A stretch of DNA of 64,000 nucleotides, taken from Clostridia bacterium (GTDB taxonomy: Bacteria; Bacillota; Clostridia; CAKSNL01; HGM11501). Location: NCBI GenBank assembly GCA_045545475.1, contig JAZQAZ010000019.1:1-64000 (forward strand). Reading direction: 5' to 3'. The translations under genes and the position numbers were made by a program. The notes under the pieces are model-generated. The model did not search any database. It was not told where the DNA came from and was given only the letters and a program-made list of their open reading frames with translations. Below, piece after piece: positions 10,075 to 20,822 of the stretch (positions within the stretch are counted from its first letter, which is position 1; the number at the start of each line of letters is the position of its first letter).

Positions 10075-10647
10075 ATGAAAAAAGTTAAAGATAAAGAAAT
10101 ATTAGTCGGAGCAGACTTTGCCGGTTTTCCGCTTAAAGAAGCGGTTTGCGAGCATTTAAGATCAAAGGGATGGAAAATTACCGATGTCGGCGTTAAGGTT
10201 GATTCCGATCCCGACGATACGGACTTAATGTTCCACAGGGTAGGTCTTCGTGCCGGTGCCATGATTTCTGAAGGCGAATTTGAAAGAGCTCTTCTTTTCT
10301 GCGGAACAGGTATGGGTATCCATATCGCTGCAAGCAAGTGTCCTCACGTTCACGCAGGCGTTGTTGAAAGCGTTCCTGCAGCACTTCGTGCAATCACCGG
10401 TAACGGCGTAAACGTGCTTGCCATGGGTGCTTTCTATGTTGCTCCTGCTATGGGATGCGATATTGCAGATGCATATCTAAATGCAGAGCTTGGATCAGGC
10501 TATGAATGGTGGAAGAATTTCTATGAATTCCACAAGCTTGCAATTGACGAGCTTGAAGCCTTTGACTATGAAGAATATAAAAAGAACGGTTTCAAGGTAA
10601 ACAAGCTTGGTGATTTCCCCTTAAAGCTTGAAAAGAAACCTGAATAA
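10075..10647 (+). CDS. RpiB/LacA/LacB-family sugar-phosphate isomerase
   Basis: GADFAGFPLKE and CGTGMG...IAASK...NVLAMG family motifs. Confidence 0.88.
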   Translation: MKKVKDKEILVGADFAGFPLKEAVCEHLRSKGWKITDVGVKVDSDPDDTDLMFHRVGLRAGAMISEGEFERALLFCGTGMGIHIAASKCPHVHAGVVESVPAALRAITGNGVNVLAMGAFYVAPAMGCDIADAYLNAELGSGYEWWKNFYEFHKLAIDELEAFDYEEYKKNGFKVNKLGDFPLKLEKKPE

Positions 10648-10651
10648 TCGT

Positions 10652-10680
10652 AAACAGCCCTCTTGTGAGGGCTGTTTTTT
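10652..10680 (+). terminator. Intrinsic terminator
   Basis: AAACAGCCCTC-TTGT-GAGGGCTGTTT followed by a T run. Confidence 0.85.
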
Positions 10681-10703
10681 CTATTCTTTCGAAATCAAAA
10701 GTG

Positions 10704-10732
10704 TTGACAAGAAAAATGAAAGGTGGTATACT
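10704..10732 (+). promoter_or_regulatory. Sigma-A promoter of the GH20 gene
   Basis: TTGACA-17 bp-TATACT with TG extension. Confidence 0.8.
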
Positions 10733-10760
10733 TTATATAATATTTATAAGGAGGCTTCTC

Positions 10761-12206
10761 ATGAATATTATACCTAAAGCTAAAAAAATAATAGAAAAAG
10801 GAAATTTGGAAATTTCTTCAGAGTTTGCAGCAGATGAAAAGCTCAGGTTCTGCAAAAAAGCATTTCTTAGGATGGTTTTTAAGCTTTATGATGTGAGGCT
10901 TTCGGAAGGAGATGGCGGATTAAAGCTTTTATACGATGAAAAGCTGGAAAAGGATGAATACAGGATAAACGGTGCGGAAGTTTACGCCTCAGATATTGAG
11001 GGTGCACGCTACGGACTTGCTACAATGCTTCAGCTTATGGAAAGAACAGAAACAGGCTTTACCATAAAAAATACTGAAATAAGGGAAAAACCCGATAAGG
11101 ATTTTAGAGGTTTCATGACAGACCTTGCAAGGCAGTGGCATGACTTTGATATATTAATATCTTATGTTGATTTATGTTATTTAAACAAGATAAAATATCT
11201 CCAGCTTCATTTTACGGACAATCAGTCCTGGACACTTCCGCTTAAGTCTTTTCCTGATGCGGCAACTAAAGGCAGATCATATAAAAGGACGGAAATCGAC
11301 TATCTTGTGGAATATGCTTATGAAGCGGGAGTAGAGCTTATCCCAGAATTTGAAGGGATAGGACACTCGAAAGAACTTATCTTAAATTGCCCCGATGAAT
11401 TCGGAAATGTATATGATGAAGAAATAACTTCTGCTTCAGCACTTACTTCGGGAGTTGACAAAAAAATCGGCAGAGTTGACAACATAATGTGTCTTGGAAA
11501 ACCGGGGATTTTTGAAAATATTCGCAAAATGCTTTCAGAAATTGCAGATACATTCAAATATTCAAAATACATTCATGTCGGATGCGACGAAGCAAAGCAC
11601 GAAAACTGGAATCACTGTGCTCTGTGCCGTGATTATATGAAAAGACAGAAACTTACAAGTACAAAAGCCGCATACACCCATTTTGCTGAAAAAATAATCG
11701 ATATATGTATTTCTCTCGGAAGAACCCCCATAGTGTGGGAAGGGTTTCCCTATGAAGGAACGGAAAATATCTCCCGTGACTGCATAGTGGTTTCCTGGGA
11801 AAATGTGTATCAGACAGGACCTGAGCTTTTAGAATCCGGCTTTAAGGTGATAAATGCATCCTGGTCTCCTATGTACATTGTTCCGCAAAGGACAAAGGAC
11901 GCACTTCATATAACAAGGGACTGGACGGTTGTGGGAGATAACTGGAATGTGCATGAGGTTTGGCATTGGGCAAAAGGCTCAAAGGCCTTCGGAGGGCTTA
12001 AATTAACTAAGCATGAAAATGTTCTTGGCGGAATGCTTTGCCAGTGGGAATGTACTCCTTCTGAGGAAAGAGAAAGGGTAATTGACCTTCTTTCCGAGAC
12101 GGCGGACAGAACATGGAACAGTGAAGATTATTATTCCGAAGAGGAATATTATAAAAATGCAGAAAAGATTAATAAGCTATCAGAAAAGCTTTATAAAAGG
12201 AGATAA
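10761..12206 (+). CDS. GH20 beta-N-acetylhexosaminidase
   Basis: FRGFMTDLAR, LHFTDNQSW, IPEFEGIGH and catalytic HVGCDEA motifs. Start moved from 10665 to the ATG at 10761 behind AAGGAGG. Confidence 0.9.
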   Translation: MNIIPKAKKIIEKGNLEISSEFAADEKLRFCKKAFLRMVFKLYDVRLSEGDGGLKLLYDEKLEKDEYRINGAEVYASDIEGARYGLATMLQLMERTETGFTIKNTEIREKPDKDFRGFMTDLARQWHDFDILISYVDLCYLNKIKYLQLHFTDNQSWTLPLKSFPDAATKGRSYKRTEIDYLVEYAYEAGVELIPEFEGIGHSKELILNCPDEFGNVYDEEITSASALTSGVDKKIGRVDNIMCLGKPGIFENIRKMLSEIADTFKYSKYIHVGCDEAKHENWNHCALCRDYMKRQKLTSTKAAYTHFAEKIIDICISLGRTPIVWEGFPYEGTENISRDCIVVSWENVYQTGPELLESGFKVINASWSPMYIVPQRTKDALHITRDWTVVGDNWNVHEVWHWAKGSKAFGGLKLTKHENVLGGMLCQWECTPSEERERVIDLLSETADRTWNSEDYYSEEEYYKNAEKINKLSEKLYKRR

Positions 12207-12288
12207 TAGGTGTCAGGTTTTATGAAAAAATATTTACATTTGAAGTAATATGCTGTATAATACCTTTATCAATAAAGGAGGAGTTAAT

Positions 12289-15048
12289 GTGAAAAAAATA
12301 CTTGCATTAATGCTTTCGGCTATGCTGTGTCTGGCGTTTTTCACGGTTGCCGAAGCGAAAGAGGTTAAAACCTTTATTCCTGCGGATATAAACGAAGGAA
12401 GGGAAAATATCACAGAATCTGGAGATAAAACTTCCGGTGAATATTTTTCCGTGAAGGAAGGTATGACTTATTTCGGAATTAAAAATGTTGACCTTACGGG
12501 AGTAAAATCCATAAGCGTTGATGCCTTAATCGGTATGAACGGCACAAACAACGGTCAGATTTTAAGAATTAAGGTAGATGATCCTTATGCAGAGTCCATC
12601 GGACATATTGCGCTTAATCAGTATTCTCCCGATAAGAGCGTGACCGTAAGCGGAAATATAAAGGAAGTAAACGGTGTACATAATCTTTATTTTGCAACAA
12701 CCCTTACAAAAAATACCGGTGACTGGAAAATAAAGAAAATCACCTTGAATGATGAAGAATATAAAACTGAGCCGACCACGCCCGACTCTGCCATAGTTGA
12801 TTTTTATTCAGACACATGGGTGGCGGTTGACGATTACGGCAGAAAGGTTTCCGACTTTGAAGAAGTGGGCCCCGTAAAAGAAGGGGAAAGAGATGTGGCT
12901 ATGTTTTACTGGAACTGGCACGTGGGTCTAAATGAAACCGACAATCTCGTAATTCCCGATGTTTACAGAGAATATCCCGAAGCAAAGAACAATATGCTTC
13001 ATCCTGCCTGGGGATCTATGCACTCAAAGGGATGGTGGGGCGAGCCCATCTACGGCTTTTACTCAAGCTATGACTATTTTGTATACCGTAAGCAGGCAGA
13101 GCTTTTTGACCTTGCCGGTGTGGATGTTCTCTTCTTTGACTACACCAACGGAACAAACTGCTTTATCCGTCCTTTAATCTGTATGATTGAAGCTTTTGAC
13201 GATGCAAAGGCAGCAGGCGTAAATGTTCCGAAGCTTTCTGCTTTTTGTGCTATGAGCAATACAAACACCACCACCTATGATCAGGTTATGGCAATATACT
13301 ATAACATAATACTTGATGAAAGATATAATGACTTCTGGTATTACAAAGACGGTCTTCCATATCTTGTAGCATATGAGCCTACTAATGTTACTCACGGAGA
13401 TGTTAACTACAAAGATAAAGATACCGTGAAAATGATAAATGAGATTGCAGGCAAGTTCAATTTAAGGCATTGCGGAAGGCGTGATAAGTCAACCGGAAAT
13501 GATGCCCTTGTTCATTGGCTCGATAACTACCCTCAGCCCGTAAGAGGATTTAAGATGACAGATGGCAGAAACGAATGGATGGCTGTCGGTATGGCGGTAA
13601 ACGAATCCTATGTTGACCACGGTGCAAAAACAGGCGTATTCTCTGATCCTTATTCCAAGGGCAAAGGTTATTCTGAGGCATTCGGCGAAGATTATTCTGC
13701 AGACTGTGCAAGAAAGCCTTACTTCTTCCGTGAGCAGGCAGCCCTTTCACTTGAGGCTGATCCTCACATTATGTTTGTTGACGGCTGGAATGAATGGAAT
13801 ACTGTTAAGTATACGGAATATTCGGGCTATAAAAATGCCTTCGTTGACCTTTGCGATGAAGAGGGCAGCCGTGACTTTGAGCCTTCGAGAAGCTATATAA
13901 AGGACGACTATTTCAATCTTTTGGTTGACTTTACAAGAAAGTACAAGGGCGTTCGTCCCGCACCCGTTGCATCGGCTGAAAAGACAATTGATATAGAAGG
14001 CGATGCAAAAGTATGGAGCGATGTGGCACCCGAATTCTTAAACTACAACGGGGAATACACCCGTGACGAAATCGGTTTCCTTGATAAGGAAACGGGCAAG
14101 AGTCTTCACTATACATCAACCACCTACAATTCTGTTGTTAAATCTAAGGTTGCAAGAGACAAGGATAACTTCTATTTCTATGCTGAAACCGCAGAAGATT
14201 TAGTTGAATCTCCCGCCTGGATGCATCTATATATCAATGCCGACAGAAACATTGCAACAGGCTGGATAGGCTATGATTATGCGGTAAACGTAAACGGCAA
14301 AGGTGTTGTTTCAAAGTACGAAAATGGTACCTGGATAAATATAGGCACAGCATCGCTTAACGAATCGGGCAGAATTTTACAGCTTTCCTTTGCAAGAAGC
14401 TTAATCGGCGAAACAGGCATCGTTGATATTGAATTTAAGTGGACAGACAACTTTACAGGCACGGATTATCTTGATTTTTATGACAAGGCATCCGTCGCAC
14501 CCGCAGGAAAGTTTAACTATCTCTATACAGAAATTCAGCAGACCGCTTTGACGGCCGATGAGCGAAAAGCTCTTTATGAAACCACAATCGTTAAAGCCGG
14601 AAGCAATAAGATGATAATTGACGGCGGTAAAGTGGGAGTTTTTGAGGCTGATACAAGAATTACACCTTTTGAAGCAAACGGCACAGTTTACGTTCCTTTT
14701 ATGACCTATGAGGATATACTGGGCTATGGGTATGCAAAGGTTGAATATGATTCTGAGGATAATATCCTCTATATGGCACGCCACGACCTTTCCGAGGACA
14801 AGAGGGAGATTACAAACTATCAGTGGACGTATAATGAGATTGGTACGCTTGCTGCCAGAATTAACGGAAGAGAAGTTTCACTCAGCAAGCCGGTAATGGT
14901 TGTAGACGGTCTTATTTATGTACCGCTTACTTATGTGAGTGATACTTTCGGATGGAACATAAAGAGCTTCGGAAACGGAGTATATGCACTGTCAAGAAAT
15001 GCGATAGACGATAATCTTATATTAAGCGTTGTATCGCATATTGAATAA
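12289..15048 (+). CDS. Secreted GH99/GH71-like enzyme, module 2
   Basis: GTG start behind AAGGAGG; signal peptide; same architecture as 1237-3909 (MFYWNW, DGWNEW, SRDFEP, stalk). Confidence 0.75.
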   Translation: MKKILALMLSAMLCLAFFTVAEAKEVKTFIPADINEGRENITESGDKTSGEYFSVKEGMTYFGIKNVDLTGVKSISVDALIGMNGTNNGQILRIKVDDPYAESIGHIALNQYSPDKSVTVSGNIKEVNGVHNLYFATTLTKNTGDWKIKKITLNDEEYKTEPTTPDSAIVDFYSDTWVAVDDYGRKVSDFEEVGPVKEGERDVAMFYWNWHVGLNETDNLVIPDVYREYPEAKNNMLHPAWGSMHSKGWWGEPIYGFYSSYDYFVYRKQAELFDLAGVDVLFFDYTNGTNCFIRPLICMIEAFDDAKAAGVNVPKLSAFCAMSNTNTTTYDQVMAIYYNIILDERYNDFWYYKDGLPYLVAYEPTNVTHGDVNYKDKDTVKMINEIAGKFNLRHCGRRDKSTGNDALVHWLDNYPQPVRGFKMTDGRNEWMAVGMAVNESYVDHGAKTGVFSDPYSKGKGYSEAFGEDYSADCARKPYFFREQAALSLEADPHIMFVDGWNEWNTVKYTEYSGYKNAFVDLCDEEGSRDFEPSRSYIKDDYFNLLVDFTRKYKGVRPAPVASAEKTIDIEGDAKVWSDVAPEFLNYNGEYTRDEIGFLDKETGKSLHYTSTTYNSVVKSKVARDKDNFYFYAETAEDLVESPAWMHLYINADRNIATGWIGYDYAVNVNGKGVVSKYENGTWINIGTASLNESGRILQLSFARSLIGETGIVDIEFKWTDNFTGTDYLDFYDKASVAPAGKFNYLYTEIQQTALTADERKALYETTIVKAGSNKMIIDGGKVGVFEADTRITPFEANGTVYVPFMTYEDILGYGYAKVEYDSEDNILYMARHDLSEDKREITNYQWTYNEIGTLAARINGREVSLSKPVMVVDGLIYVPLTYVSDTFGWNIKSFGNGVYALSRNAIDDNLILSVVSHIE

Positions 15049-15060
15049 GGAGGTTTTGGT

Positions 15061-17529
15061 ATGAAAAAAATATTTGCACTTATTTTAAGCATCGTACTTA
15101 TGATATCCTCTTTATACATCTGTGTAAATGCAAAGGTTACGGAAGTTCCGGTTGAAAACTTAAAGGAATCTGAAGCACTTCCTGCAAGAAGCACTTGGAC
15201 TATTACGGCATCAAACTCATGGAAATGGGGGCCTGCCGAGAAAATGCTTGACGGCGATATAAAGACAATGTGGCATTCATATTATAAGGAACAGGACGGA
15301 AAGGCAGTCGATAAAGCACCTGCACCTTATTATATTGATATCGAACTTCCCAAAAAAGCAGAAATAACCGGCTTTGTATATGCACCCAGGCAGGATATTG
15401 ATTCGGGCTATGTGTTTAACTGGGAAGCTTATTCCGTTTCAGATGACGGGAAAGAAGAATTGCTTGCAACAGGTGAATTTGCCAGAAACAAAAATGCAAA
15501 GGTTGCATCATGGCAGGGCAAGGAAACCAAGAAAATCCGCATTGTGTTTACAAAGACTACAGGTGTAGGTACCTGTGCAGAGCTTTACCTTTTAGGCAAA
15601 GGGGAGGATGCATCGCTTTTCGCATCATCCGGCAATGCTACTGCTGATGAAAAAGAAAGCGTTGACGCTTCCCTTGAATCCAAGGTTCTCCCCGAAAGAA
15701 GCACCTGGACCATTACCTCATCAAGCTCATTGTCCTGGGCAGGACCTGAAAGAATGCTTGACGGAAACGTGAAAACCTATTGGCATTCTTACTATAAGGA
15801 GCAGGACGGAAAGGCTGTTGATAAAGCACCCGCACCTTATTATATAGATATTGAACTTCCTGAAGAAAGCGTTGTAAAAGGCTTTACCTATGTGCCGAGA
15901 ATTGATAATAATTCAGGTTATGTATTTAACTGGGAAGCATATGCTGTTTCAGATGACGGAACGGAAACAAGACTTGGTGCAGGCACCTTCGCCAATGATG
16001 CAAACCCCAAAAGTGCAATCTGGAACGAAGTGAGCCTTAAAAAAATTCGCATAGTGTTTACTAAAACCACAGGCGTTGGTACCTGTGCAGAGCTTTACTT
16101 AATCGGTAAAGGCGAAAGCGGAGTAAAGGCTCCTGCAACCGAAAAAAAGGAAGAGGTCAAAGATTCAAATGTAAACGACAAAGGCTGGATTGTAACGGCA
16201 TCATCTGAAAAGAACTGGGCCCCCGGCATAAGAGCATTTGACGGCAAAATGAATACCTACTGGCATACAGATTACGAGGAGGAAGGCGGCAAAGTAATAA
16301 GCCACGATATGCCTCCTCACGATCTTAAGGTGACCTTCCCCGAAAAGAAGGTTATCAGCGGATTTACCATTTATCCGAGAGAAGGGGCAACTTCTCAGGC
16401 GGGACTTGTAGAAAAGATTAACTTCTATGTATCCGATTCTGACGAAGGGGAATATTATCTTCTTTGCACAGAGGAGTTTAATGCAACAACAACGGCAAAG
16501 GTTGTTGACTTTGCCTGCAGTATAGAAGTAAAAAGAATTTGGGTTGAAATAACAACAAGCTTTGGCGGCTATGCTGTTATTGCGGAAATGGAATTTTCAG
16601 AGCCGGGAGAAGATACGAAAATTGTTTCTTATGAGGATTTTGCTGCCACAAGAGATGAAAACCGTCTCTATAAGATTGATTCCTCGGGATTTACGGTAAC
16701 GGATCCTGATAATACGCCTACATGGTCAGGAAACCCCGGAACACTTGTGGACGGAACAGAGAGAGGATTCTGGCAGACAGAAAAGCTTGCACCGGGAACA
16801 GTGATATTTATCAATATGGATTTAGGCGAGGTTAAGGAATTTACACATATGTCAATTATTCCCAGACCTTCTGACGATTATCACGGCTATTGGGAAAAGT
16901 TTAATGTTTATGTGTCGGAGGACGGCGTTGACTATAAAGAGCTTTTATACGATTATTCCTTTGAAGAGGAAGAAAAGGATATATCCGAAAAATTCATTTT
17001 CTTTGAGGAAGGCGTAAAGGCGAGATATGTGGAGTTTGAAATAACGGAATATTTCAACGCCCGTGTAAGCTGTGCCGAAATAAGCTTCTGGCAGAACAAG
17101 GAAATGCACGATAAAACTTCCGATTCAGGTAAATATGTACTTAAAATAGGCTCTCCCGAAATTGAAATCACAAAGGGAGGAAAGACCTATATCAAAACAA
17201 TGGATGTTGCACCTTTCATAACTGCAAAAGGACAGACAATGATACCCTTGCGTGGACTTGTCGAAGAAATGGGTATGGAGATAGAATGGATTGCTGAGAC
17301 CCAGGAAATCATTCTTTCCAAAGGGATAAGAAAAATTAATCTTCAGATCAGAAACAAACTTGTAAAGGTGGAGGGTACGCCATACGGTGATGTGGTATAC
17401 ACTCTTTATTCTCCTCCGAAAATCAAGGATTCAAGAACCTTTGTGCCGGTAAGATTCTTATCCGAGCAGATGGGCTATACCGTAAATTGGGACGGCGAAA
17501 GCCAGACTGTAACAATTGAAAAAGAATAA
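15061..17529 (+). CDS. Secreted four-F5/8C plus stalk protein, module 2 binder
   Basis: Signal peptide; four discoidin repeats; C-terminal SRTFVPVRFLSEQMGYTVNWDG motif. Confidence 0.88.
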   Translation: MKKIFALILSIVLMISSLYICVNAKVTEVPVENLKESEALPARSTWTITASNSWKWGPAEKMLDGDIKTMWHSYYKEQDGKAVDKAPAPYYIDIELPKKAEITGFVYAPRQDIDSGYVFNWEAYSVSDDGKEELLATGEFARNKNAKVASWQGKETKKIRIVFTKTTGVGTCAELYLLGKGEDASLFASSGNATADEKESVDASLESKVLPERSTWTITSSSSLSWAGPERMLDGNVKTYWHSYYKEQDGKAVDKAPAPYYIDIELPEESVVKGFTYVPRIDNNSGYVFNWEAYAVSDDGTETRLGAGTFANDANPKSAIWNEVSLKKIRIVFTKTTGVGTCAELYLIGKGESGVKAPATEKKEEVKDSNVNDKGWIVTASSEKNWAPGIRAFDGKMNTYWHTDYEEEGGKVISHDMPPHDLKVTFPEKKVISGFTIYPREGATSQAGLVEKINFYVSDSDEGEYYLLCTEEFNATTTAKVVDFACSIEVKRIWVEITTSFGGYAVIAEMEFSEPGEDTKIVSYEDFAATRDENRLYKIDSSGFTVTDPDNTPTWSGNPGTLVDGTERGFWQTEKLAPGTVIFINMDLGEVKEFTHMSIIPRPSDDYHGYWEKFNVYVSEDGVDYKELLYDYSFEEEEKDISEKFIFFEEGVKARYVEFEITEYFNARVSCAEISFWQNKEMHDKTSDSGKYVLKIGSPEIEITKGGKTYIKTMDVAPFITAKGQTMIPLRGLVEEMGMEIEWIAETQEIILSKGIRKINLQIRNKLVKVEGTPYGDVVYTLYSPPKIKDSRTFVPVRFLSEQMGYTVNWDGESQTVTIEKE

Positions 17530-17563
17530 AATAAACCCGCAGACAAAAGTCTGCGGGTTTATT
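17530..17563. terminator. Bidirectional intrinsic terminator
   Basis: AATAAACCCGCAGAC-AAAA-GTCTGCGGGTTTATT between convergent genes. Confidence 0.85.
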
Positions 17564-17564
17564 A

Positions 17565-18326
17565 CTATCTGTGTTTGTAAAGCTTCGAAGGAGGAACACC
17601 GTATTCTTTTTTTACCACACGGCTGAAATAATTGGCGTCGGTAAAGCCTGACATAAGCGCGACTTCACTTATAGAGTGGTTTCCCGACAACAATAATTGT
17701 TCTGCAAATTTAAGCCTCTCCGAGATTAAAAATTCCGTGGGCGAACAGCCTGTTTTTTCAGCAAACAGTCGCCTGAAATAGGTTCCGCTTATGCCGGAGG
17801 CGGCAATTACGCTGTCAATGGATAAATCCGGGTTTTTAAAATTTTCCTTGATGTATAAAAATGACTTTTCAAATAAATCTTCGCCTTTACTTTTATTAGA
17901 TGAGAAAGACCTGTCCATAAGTGCTTTCATTATATCACAAAACAGAGAAAGGGAATTAATAGCATAGCCTGCTTCTTTTTTATCCCATACGGCAGAAATC
18001 TTTTTGAAAATTTCTTTTGTATCTCGGGCATTCGGGAAGTTTTCGGGCAAAGCTATTATGTCAGAATAAAAGTTTATGTATAAAATTTCGTTGTATGAAT
18101 GGTATTTGGCAAAGTAAGGGGTATCTTTGGGCATAAAAAACACATCTCCGGCATTGCTGTCAAGGGAAAAACCGTCTCCCGTCATACTTCCGCTTCCTTT
18201 AAGGCGGTATACAAGAGCGTTATAGCCCCTTGGTGCAACATTTGCTTCGTGGGCATTCCAGCGAAGTGAGCCCGCATGTGTTATTTTTATACTCATGTTT
18301 TTGTTTAAGATTGACATTTTTATCAC
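17565..18326 (-). CDS. AraC-family transcriptional regulator
   Basis: C-terminal SISEVALMSGFTDANYFSRVVKKEYGVPPS signature. The true start may be the ATG at 18317. Confidence 0.93.
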   Translation of the reverse strand: MIKMSILNKNMSIKITHAGSLRWNAHEANVAPRGYNALVYRLKGSGSMTGDGFSLDSNAGDVFFMPKDTPYFAKYHSYNEILYINFYSDIIALPENFPNARDTKEIFKKISAVWDKKEAGYAINSLSLFCDIMKALMDRSFSSNKSKGEDLFEKSFLYIKENFKNPDLSIDSVIAASGISGTYFRRLFAEKTGCSPTEFLISERLKFAEQLLLSGNHSISEVALMSGFTDANYFSRVVKKEYGVPPSKLYKHR

Positions 18327-18362
18327 CAGTTACATTATAGCAGTAAAGAAAACAAAAATCAA

Positions 18363-18427
18363 GTGTTGAAAAGTCCTGATTTGTGTTGAAATGTCTTCTT
18401 GAAACGTTATTAAAGCCGTGGTATCCT
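18363..18427 (+). promoter_or_regulatory. Promoter with direct-repeat operator (probable AraC site)
   Basis: GTGTTGAAAAGTC (18363) and GTGTTGAAATGTC (18383) abut TTGAAA-17 bp-TATCCT (TG-extended). Adjacent to the divergent AraC gene. Confidence 0.7.
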
Positions 18428-18448
18428 TGAATAGAAGGAGTGATTTAT

Positions 18449-19771
18449 ATGAGTTTTGTTTTAGACGAAAAAATGTTATTTTCGTTCCCCGAAAAGGCAA
18501 ATAATGAAGCTTTGATGGAAATCTTCGGGAATTTCACACACGGAAAGTTTAAGAATGTGAAGTTCTCATCGGAAGAAAATGTTATTGTTATTGGCGAAGG
18601 TGAAGCTGCTGACATCGCTGACGCAGAAAATGTAATCAATGCTACGGATAAAGGCGTTTACATCAAGGGTACAAACTATACAAATTTAGTACACGGATTT
18701 TTCCTTTTCCTTGAAGGGCTTTCCTATGACAGAAAGAGCGATTCCTATTCCTTTAAGCAAGGCACTTTCAGAAGAAGCGGAGAAGTTTCCTTCAGAAGCA
18801 TCCATTTTTGCATATTTCCTGAGACGGAGCTTAAATTTTTGAGAAAAAGCATCCGTACTGCGGCTCTTTCTAAATTCACTCACGTAGTGCTTGAATTCTG
18901 GGGGATGATTAAATTTGATTGCCTTAAAGAGCTTGCCTGGCCGATGGCTTATGAAAAAGATGAAATACGTGCCATAGTTGCAGAGGCAAATGCCCTTGGG
19001 CTTGAAGTAATTCCTATGTTTAACCACCTTGCACACGCATCAGGATGTCGTGAAGCAAACGGTAAGCACGTAGTACTCGATCAGAACCTTTCCCTTGACT
19101 ATATGTTTAACTGCTACGGCTGGAGCTGGAACTTCAAAAATGACGAGGTATTGTCGCTTTTGAGAAAGGTGAGAGCAGAGCTTATTGATGTCTGCGGAGA
19201 AGGAAAATATTTCCACATTGGCTGTGATGAAGAGTACATCTGCGTTCACGACATTGAAAAAATGGACGAGGTTATTGATTATATGAACGGCCTTTCCGAT
19301 GAACTTAAAAAAGTGGGAAGACGAGCTATAATGTGGTGCGACATACTTTGTCCCAATGTCGGTGAGTTTTATGAATATGCCCAGAAAAAACTTTCAAAGG
19401 ACATTCTTATTGTATACTACGATTATACCAGATCGTTGGTTGATTCTTTTAAGAGAATAGATATGTTCGCTGAATCTGGATTCGACTTTATAACAGGTCC
19501 CTGGGAGGGAAGGGAAAATGTAAAAGCGGCATCGGACAAAGCGAAGGAATATAAGCTTCCGGGCGTTATGATGACAACCTGGCATTCGCTTTTCAGAAAC
19601 TTCGGCGAAATCGTTTATATGGGAGAAGAATCTTATGGGGGTTATCCCGATTTGCCCGTGCAAATAAGACGTTTCCATCAGGCTGAAGTGGCAAGGCGTG
19701 CCTTTTTCTCTGATGATGATTATAAAATAGCGGGTTGGTCCGAAAAGATGACAGGCCCCGGTCTTATGTAA
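18449..19771 (+). CDS. GH20-family hexosaminidase-like protein
   Basis: FRSIHFC, IPMFNHLAH and FHIGCDEE (GH20 H-x-G-x-D-E) motifs; no signal peptide; ATG at 18449 behind AAGGAG. Confidence 0.8.
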   Translation: MSFVLDEKMLFSFPEKANNEALMEIFGNFTHGKFKNVKFSSEENVIVIGEGEAADIADAENVINATDKGVYIKGTNYTNLVHGFFLFLEGLSYDRKSDSYSFKQGTFRRSGEVSFRSIHFCIFPETELKFLRKSIRTAALSKFTHVVLEFWGMIKFDCLKELAWPMAYEKDEIRAIVAEANALGLEVIPMFNHLAHASGCREANGKHVVLDQNLSLDYMFNCYGWSWNFKNDEVLSLLRKVRAELIDVCGEGKYFHIGCDEEYICVHDIEKMDEVIDYMNGLSDELKKVGRRAIMWCDILCPNVGEFYEYAQKKLSKDILIVYYDYTRSLVDSFKRIDMFAESGFDFITGPWEGRENVKAASDKAKEYKLPGVMMTTWHSLFRNFGEIVYMGEESYGGYPDLPVQIRRFHQAEVARRAFFSDDDYKIAGWSEKMTGPGLM

Positions 19772-19873
19772 TTGAGGAAAAATAAAAGTATTCCGAAGCA
19801 GTTCAATTTATTGACAGTTTCAGTCCTTTGTGGTATATTATTAAGTAAGTAATTTGACTAAAAGAGAAGGACG

Positions 19874-20809
19874 ATGCATATGGAAAATTTAACTGAGCAC
19901 AATGGTTATCCTGTGTATTACGGAGACTTTTCTTGCAAGGCAGATAAATGCAGAAATTCCTGCTGTGTAGGATGGGTGATAAACGTTGATTCCGACACGC
20001 TTTCCTTGTATGAAAATTTAGAAGGCGAATATTCGGATATAATCAGGAAAAGCATAAAAACGAAAAAAGGGAAATCGTTTTTTGATTACGGAAAAGGCGA
20101 AAGATGCCCACACCTTAACGAAAATGGACTTTGTAATATAATAACGGAATACTCGGAGACGGCACTTTGCGAAATTTGCCGCCTTCATCCAAGATTCAGA
20201 CACTTTTTCACAGGCTATGTTGAAACAGGCCTTGGCCTTTCCTGTGAGGAAGTGGCAAGAATTATTGTTAATACCGAAGAGCCCTTTCACATAATAACGG
20301 ATTCCAATTATGATGAAAGCCTTTCAGATGCGGAAAGAAAAATTTTAGGAATGAGGGAGGACGTATTTGCCATACTTGCTTCCAGAGAACGTAAGCTTTC
20401 GGAGAGGCTTAAATATCTTTGCAAGATATTTGAAATAAATATTGAAAAACTCAATCCCAAAAAGTTCATGAATAAACTTTTAAGGATTGAAATATTAACC
20501 GATGAGTGGAAGAAAACACTTAAAGCGGCAAAGAAAAACGAGTTCAGTTTTGAACTATTGGATTCCGAAAAACTTGAAATAGCGTATGAGCAACTTTCTG
20601 CCTATTTTATTTTCAGACATTTCCCGGCGTGTTTTGAAGATGGAGACATACAGTCAAAAGTTAAGTTTTCGGTTTTTGCGGTGTTGCTTTTAGCTTTTTT
20701 GATGAATGGAAATGAAGATAAAGAAATGCTTTCGGAATACGCAAGAGTTTTTTCCACGGAAATTGAATACTCTGAAGAAAATACATGTAAATTATATAAA
20801 AAATTGTGA
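19874..20809 (+). CDS. fliB: FliB-family (flagellin lysine-N-methylase-like) Cys-cluster protein
   Basis: FSCKADKCRNSCCVGW, CPHLNENGLC, CEICRLHPR, LSCEE and EIEYSEEN motifs. Confidence 0.75.
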   Translation: MHMENLTEHNGYPVYYGDFSCKADKCRNSCCVGWVINVDSDTLSLYENLEGEYSDIIRKSIKTKKGKSFFDYGKGERCPHLNENGLCNIITEYSETALCEICRLHPRFRHFFTGYVETGLGLSCEEVARIIVNTEEPFHIITDSNYDESLSDAERKILGMREDVFAILASRERKLSERLKYLCKIFEINIEKLNPKKFMNKLLRIEILTDEWKKTLKAAKKNEFSFELLDSEKLEIAYEQLSAYFIFRHFPACFEDGDIQSKVKFSVFAVLLLAFLMNGNEDKEMLSEYARVFSTEIEYSEENTCKLYKKL

Positions 20810-20822
20810 GGGGGAACTAAGA

